Shown here: piece by piece, positions 27,046-32,000 of the stretch | How positions within the stretch are numbered: position 1 is the first letter of the stretch | Layout of the letters: the number at the start of each line of letters is the position of its first letter | From: an uncultured Chloroflexia bacterium | Lineage (GTDB): Bacteria; Chloroflexota; Anaerolineae; Anaerolineales; Anaerolineaceae | NCBI GenBank assembly: GCA_963704755.1 | Contig: OY969938.1 | Location: 150,001 to 182,000 of the forward strand | Reading direction: 5' to 3' | Length of the DNA: 32,000 nt | Notes under the pieces: generated by a model | Database searches by the model: none | Told to the model about the DNA's origin: nothing | What the model saw: only the letters and a program-made list of their open reading frames with translations | Made by a program: the position numbers and the translations under genes

Positions 27046-27501
27046 CTAATTGTCTTGTTGAATCCACTGGTCCAAACTGCGATCCCAGGGGTAAACTTCA
27101 CTTTCCGGGAACCAGAGATTGATCTCCAAAGCAGCGTTTTCCGGGCTGTCCGAGGCATGGGTGAGGTTTTTCCCAACCACCAGGCCGAAATCGTGGCGGA
27201 TCGTACCGGGAGCGGCTTCGGTGGGGCGGGTAGCGCCCATCGTCTGGCGAACGGCGGCAATTGCCTGGGGGCCTTCCCAGACCATGGCCATGACCGGAGC
27301 AGAGGTGATGTAATTGATCAATCCATCGTAAAAAGGTTTTCCCTGATGAACTTTATAGTGCTCTTCTGCCAGTGTGCGGGGAACCTGCATGAATTTAGCC
27401 GCGACCATTTTCAATCCGCGCCGTTCCAGCCGGGCGATGATCTCTCCAATTAATCCGCGTTGAACTGCATCTGGCTTAGCCAGAACAAAAGTACGTTCCA
27501 C
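27046..27501 (-). CDS. ndk: nucleoside-diphosphate kinase
   Basis: ORF 27046..27513. GTG 27501 is preferred (GGAGGA 4-5 nt upstream) and gives the N-terminus (M)ERTFVLAKPDAV. Active-site His context NLTHASDS is present. Confidence 0.93.
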   Translation of the reverse strand: MERTFVLAKPDAVQRGLIGEIIARLERRGLKMVAAKFMQVPRTLAEEHYKVHQGKPFYDGLINYITSAPVMAMVWEGPQAIAAVRQTMGATRPTEAAPGTIRHDFGLVVGKNLTHASDSPENAALEINLWFPESEVYPWDRSLDQWIQQDN

Positions 27502-27584
27502 AATGTCCTCCAATAAGAATAAGTTTTAGGCAACCGCTCAGGGATAGGTAAGGGGTTCTTCCCCGATCGTTGAGCAGTCACATT

Positions 27585-30540
27585 TTAGCGTAACAATTCT
27601 TCGGCTTTCGTATAGGCGTCAAGGGCTTCCTGAAGACGGTTACTGCGCATATAGGCGTCTCCAAGCGCCTGCCAGATGGCAATATCGATTGGGTAGCGGT
27701 AAAGGGCATCCCGTAAGTCGTGGATGGTTTCTTCGAGATTGGCCCCATGCTGGATCAGCAGGTTGTAATTCTCCAGGGCCCGCTCGATATTGTAGGCTTC
27801 CAATGCGGATTGGGCATTCTGGAGCAGCTCCGGATCGCTGGTCGTAACCGGTTCAACCGCCGTGGCTTCCTCAAGGATAGGTTCGACTACCGGTTGGTGG
27901 GATGTAGGCGTTTCGAATTCGGGGCGCCATTCAGAGGGGGTATTTTCCAGCGGTTCCTCTGGTTTTTCTTCTCCCAGTTTTTCCAACCAATCGGAAACCG
28001 ATTCTGGGCCTAATTCAGGGGAGATGCCGTTATCGCTGCTCTCTTCCTGGATGGCCAGATCCTTTAGCCAGTCCGGGACCGATTCGTCTTCGGGTGCCAC
28101 GGGCGGAATAAATTCGTCTTCCTCTTCCAGTTCTTGTTCAACGATTTGATCGTTGAGGATGGCCTCTGGCTCGTCAGGGATGTCTTCGATTTCAGGTTCG
28201 AGGGTTGTGTCGTCTTCGATCAGGCCGGGCTCAGGTTCCGCTGGCTCGATTTCATCTGCAACTGGCTCGGGTTCTTGCTCTTCCGGTTCGATTTCGACGG
28301 GGGTGAGCTCTGATTCGGCGGTTGTGGATGCGCCTGTTACTTCCGGTTCGGGGGTTTCAGCTTCGGTTTCTGAGAAGGCTTGCCCTTCAGGAAGATTTTC
28401 CTGAACGTTTTCTGCCTGCAATTCTTTGAGCCAATCGGGCAACTGATCTTCAAATGGTTCGCTGATCAATTCGACCGGCGGCTCTTCCTCTTCAGCGGCG
28501 GCTTTGATCCAATCCGGCAGGTCGATTGTTTCGTCTTCGACCGGTTCTTCCTGAGGAGAGCTTTCAACCTCATTGGCGACTGAACTGCTGCCGGTTTCCT
28601 CACCTGTCAAAGATTCCGTATCGATGAGATCGAATGGCGGTTCAATTTCGTCCTCTTGCGCGACGAATGCCGATTCGGAATCCGGGTTTTGCCGTTCAAC
28701 CTCTTCTTCCGGCTCATTTTGGTCCAGGGCCGCGGATAAAATGTCGTTGAATTCAGGCTGAGCCTCGTTCGTATCTGCTGCGGGTTCAGGATTTGGATTT
28801 TCGTTTTCGTCTTTTGTTTCGGCTTGTTCCAACCCTTTAAGCCACTCGGGAAGTTCTTCAGTTCGCTCTTCGGGTGGAGTTAATAATGTAGCTTCGTCAG
28901 CTCCCTGGGCCGCGGCCAGAGATTCCAACCAGGCCATGGCCTCGTCCATGTTAGCGCCCGAGGAAAGGTCCTCGGATTCGGCCGGAGGTGTTTCTTCTGC
29001 CTGTACCGGCTGTGGATTCTCTGCGGCCAAACCGGGTTGTTTTTCCTTTATCTCGCCGGATTCATCCGCCAGCTTTTGGGCAGGTTCTTCGTCGACGATC
29101 CCGGCCAGCCAATCCGGCAGCTCGCTGCCATCCACGGGGATATCTTCATCCGAAAAGGATAAAGCGGCCGTTTCCACCGGGTGTATGGTTGGAACATCTG
29201 CATTCACAGGCTCTTCCGGCTCAATTACTTTGGAAGGTTCGGAAAAGTCTTCTGTTGAAGGGATTTCCGTGGGAGAGAATTCGGAAGGCTGCTCATTTTC
29301 CAGGTCTAACTTTTGAGTTTGGCCGGGTAAAATTTTATCGAGCCATGCGACGTCATTTTCGCCGGAGGTTTGCTCGGGTGCATCCTCTTCAGGCGCCATG
29401 CCAGACAGCCATTCCGGGAGCTCGGCAGGTTGAATTTCTTCCGGGTTCTCAGCCGGCTCGGTCGTTTCATTCAGGTTGTAGCCAGCCTCTGCCTCCAGGG
29501 AGACATGATCGTTGGCATTCCAGCCGGCTTCTTTCATCCAATCCGGTACTACATCTTCGCCAATATCGGGTAAAGGTTTGGTCTCTTTCGGGGTGGAACT
29601 CAACGGCCTGCACGGGAGAAGTATTACCGGTTGCAGTGGGTGTTGTCTCACCTGATTCGGCCTGCGGCTTGATCGACGAGAACCAATCAGGCAGGGTCTC
29701 GCCTTCCTGTTTCCAATCTACACCCAGGTTTTGGGCCCATTCCGGGGCTTTGCCGGTTTCTTCACCCTCTTCGTACTCCAACTTGTCCAGAACGACGGCA
29801 TTTTCGGGCACTTCCAGGCTGTTCGTTCCGTTTTCAGGCACGTGTTCCAGATAAGGATCCATTGCATAAACACGTTTGCGGTAGTTCTCGGCGTCATCGG
29901 CACGGGATGTGCCCGGCAATATATCCGCCAGGATGCGATTGGCCTCGAAGCAATAGGGGAGTTCGCCGACCAAACGGCTGCATACCTCTGTCGAGGCGAT
30001 AGTCTGCCCGGAAAGGTAATACATCCGGGCCAGGATGACTTCCAGATCCAGGCGTTGGGGATTTTCGTTGAGGGCTACCCGAATTTCAGCAATGGCCTGT
30101 TGAAATAGCTCGCCACGAGCGTACATTCGGACCAACGCCCCGCGGGTAAGGCGGATCTTGGCTGGTTCGACCCCGTCGCGACGGCCATATAATCGCCGCA
30201 ATTCATCCTGGACGGCGACATTCGAGGGCTGGGCTTCGAAAGCCCGTTCCATGTGCCAGATGGCGGCATCCAGGTTGCCTTCATCTTCACGAATGATGCT
30301 CAATCCAATTTGGGAGATAAAATCGTCCGGTACGGCCGAAAGTACTCTTTGGAGGACATCGGACGCTTCGGCATAGCGTTGGGTTTCAAGGAATGCCTTG
30401 CCCAACAACCGGTAGGTATCAATGTGTTTGGGGAAATATTTGAGAATATGGCGACAATGAATGATCGCCCGATTGGCCTGGCCACGGTCGATCATTGCCT
30501 CAATTTCCCGGTTGTAAGCGCGGAGCGAGATTTTGCTCAT
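27585..30540 (-). pseudogene. TPR protein with a long acidic [LV]P[DE]W[LIM] repeat region, interrupted by a +1 frameshift near 29590
   Basis: ORFs 29467..30540 and 27585..29651 overlap by 185 nt. The PDW/PEW repeat motif occurs in both ORFs, with TPR-like helices at both ends. The span is 2956 nt = 3n+1. Confidence 0.75.
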
Positions 30541-30640
30541 TTCTTACCTCCCAACTTTAGTATGCATTAAGTTGGATGAATATGCAAGTATTTTACATTC
30601 AAACCAGGTTTGCGTGAATGGAGTAAAGAAAACAGGGTAT

Positions 30641-30695
30641 CTCACAATAAAAAACACACAGCCTGCTTCGCAGGCTGTGTGTTTTTTATTGTGAG
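30641..30695 (-). terminator. 25-bp perfect hairpin terminator downstream of rpoD
   Basis: CTCACAATAAAAAACACACAGCCTG (30641-30665), loop CTTCG, exact reverse complement at 30671-30695. Confidence 0.7.
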
Positions 30696-30760
30696 AATAT
30701 AAAACTACCCAGCCTTATATAAAGAAATTCGGTTATCTTCTAAAAAGGCTGAATAAAAAA

Positions 30761-31981
30761 TTATTCACCCAGGTAATCGCGCAGTTTGCGGCGAATGGTG
30801 GGGTGACGCAGTCGGCTGAGCGCCTGGGCTTCGATCTGGCGAACTCTTTCGCGGGTGACGCCCATTTTGCGGCCGACTTCTTCCAGCGTATACGCCTGGC
30901 CATCCAGCAAACCATAGCGTAATTGCAAAATACGGACTTCACGCGGAGGAAGGGAGTTGAGGACCTCTTCCAGGTGCTCGCGAAGCAGGTTGTAAGTGGC
31001 TGTATCGTCGGGCGGAGGCGCTTCGTCATCTTCGATGAAGTCACCCAGAACAGAATCCTCTTCGTCATCGGTAGGCGTTTCCAACGAGAGCGGGCGGCGG
31101 GCAACCTGGATCATGTTCTCAACCTTTTTGGGTGGAACATCCAGGGCGACGGCCAGCTCGTCTACAGTTGGTTCGCGGCCGAGCCGCTGAGTCAACTGGT
31201 GCTGGATGCGCAGCAGTTTATTGATCTGGTCACCCATGTGGACGGGCACACGGATGGTACGGCCCTGGTCGGCGATGGCCCGGGTTACCGCCTGTCGAAT
31301 CCACCAGGTCGCATAGGTGCTGAATTTATGCCCACGCCGGTAATCGAACTTTTTGGTCGCGCGGATCAGGCCGATGTTCCCTTCCTGGATCAAATCAAGA
31401 AAGGGGACCCCCCGGCCCATATACTTTTTGGCTACCGAAATCACCAGGCGCGAATTGGCCGTGATCAGATGTTCCCTGGCGGACCAACCATCTTCGATCA
31501 GGCGGCGCAGCTCGTGGCGGCGGCGGTTGCCGACGTTTCCGCGGGCTAATTCTTCACGGGCCAGGCGGCCACGCTCAATCCTCTGGGCCAATTCAACTTC
31601 TTCCTCGGCGGTCAGAAGTGGTACACGGCTGACCTCTTTGAGGTACAGGCCGATCGTGTCGTCAGTATCGATATTTTGAAGGTCATCCAGAACCAGGTCT
31701 CCGGTACCTTCTTCGTTCTCATCGATTTCCTCGTCCATATTGAGCTCGTCTTCACTAGGCTCAGGGATCAAGGATTCATCTTCAAGGTAAGGTATACCGG
31801 CGCTCATCAAGGCTGCAAATGCCTCTTCGAGCTGTTCGACGTCTTGTTCTGCATCCGGGAAAAAATGTAAAATATCATCTATCGTGACGTAAGATTTTTG
31901 ACGCCCGAGTTCTATTAGTCTGGCAATAGCAGGATATTCTTCGTCTTCCTCATCTACCACATTAATTAACGGATTATCCAT
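30761..31981 (-). CDS. rpoD: primary RNA polymerase sigma factor (sigma-70 family, group 1)
   Basis: Acidic region 1, region 2.4 [13 protein letters not shown] and region 4.2 [24 protein letters not shown] 31981 is preferred (AAGGAA ~11 nt upstream) over GTG 31993. Confidence 0.93.
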   Translation of the reverse strand: MDNPLINVVDEEDEEYPAIARLIELGRQKSYVTIDDILHFFPDAEQDVEQLEEAFAALMSAGIPYLEDESLIPEPSEDELNMDEEIDENEEGTGDLVLDDLQNIDTDDTIGLYLKEVSRVPLLTAEEEVELAQRIERGRLAREELARGNVGNRRRHELRRLIEDGWSAREHLITANSRLVISVAKKYMGRGVPFLDLIQEGNIGLIRATKKFDYRRGHKFSTYATWWIRQAVTRAIADQGRTIRVPVHMGDQINKLLRIQHQLTQRLGREPTVDELAVALDVPPKKVENMIQVARRPLSLETPTDDEEDSVLGDFIEDDEAPPPDDTATYNLLREHLEEVLNSLPPREVRILQLRYGLLDGQAYTLEEVGRKMGVTRERVRQIEAQALSRLRHPTIRRKLRDYLGE

Positions 31982-32000
31982 ACGATGTATCACATTCCTT

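Noticed and set aside
27004-27453. 149-aa + strand ORF opposite ndk.
   Set aside because: It is fully antisense to a canonical nucleoside-diphosphate kinase and has no motifs of its own.
27720-29854. Ser/Gly-rich + strand ORFs (for example 28153..28404, 28936..29316 and 28988..29854) opposite the TPR gene.
   Set aside because: They are the mirror image of the Glu/Pro/Asp-rich acidic repeat coding region (GAA/GAG read as TTC/CTC). This is compositional shadow, not genes.

Overview
Chromosomal, mostly housekeeping window from a bacterium using the standard genetic code. The acidic N-terminus SigA, the giant PAS/GAF kinase and the PDWL-repeat TPR protein suggest a Chloroflexota/Anaerolineae-like organism (low confidence). 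Left to right: aconitase (-); a promoter/leader/terminator module followed by a polar amino-acid ABC importer (SBP, permease, ATPase; +); a + strand run of eukaryote-type citrate synthase (frameshifted), a divergent PEPCK/HprK-superfamily P-loop protein, proB and proA; a DinB-like gene (-); 5-oxoprolinase pxpBCA (+). Then two tandem GH94 glycoside phosphorylases (-): the cellobiose-phosphorylase-like copy is intact and the paralogue carries an in-frame TGA. They sit behind a near-consensus promoter overlapped by CebR/CelR-type LacI-family operators. Next come a CheY-like receiver plus a ~1470-codon 7TM-PAS/GAF histidine kinase (frameshifted; -), tRNA-Asp(GTC) (-), ndk (-), a ~985-codon TPR/acidic-repeat protein (frameshifted; -) and rpoD/sigA (-). 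The most unusual element is non-coding. Directly 3' of tRNA-Asp lie eight near-identical 100/101-bp tandem units plus a degenerate ninth. Each unit is the 3' part of that tRNA (positions 43-76 including CCA), split by a 21-nt hairpin insertion in the T-loop and followed by its own intrinsic terminator. I know of no described element class that fits this. No cas, integrase, transposase, toxin-antitoxin or recognisable defence genes are present. Four of 19 protein genes are disrupted (three single-extra-base frameshifts and one nonsense TGA); this may be assembly error or real decay.
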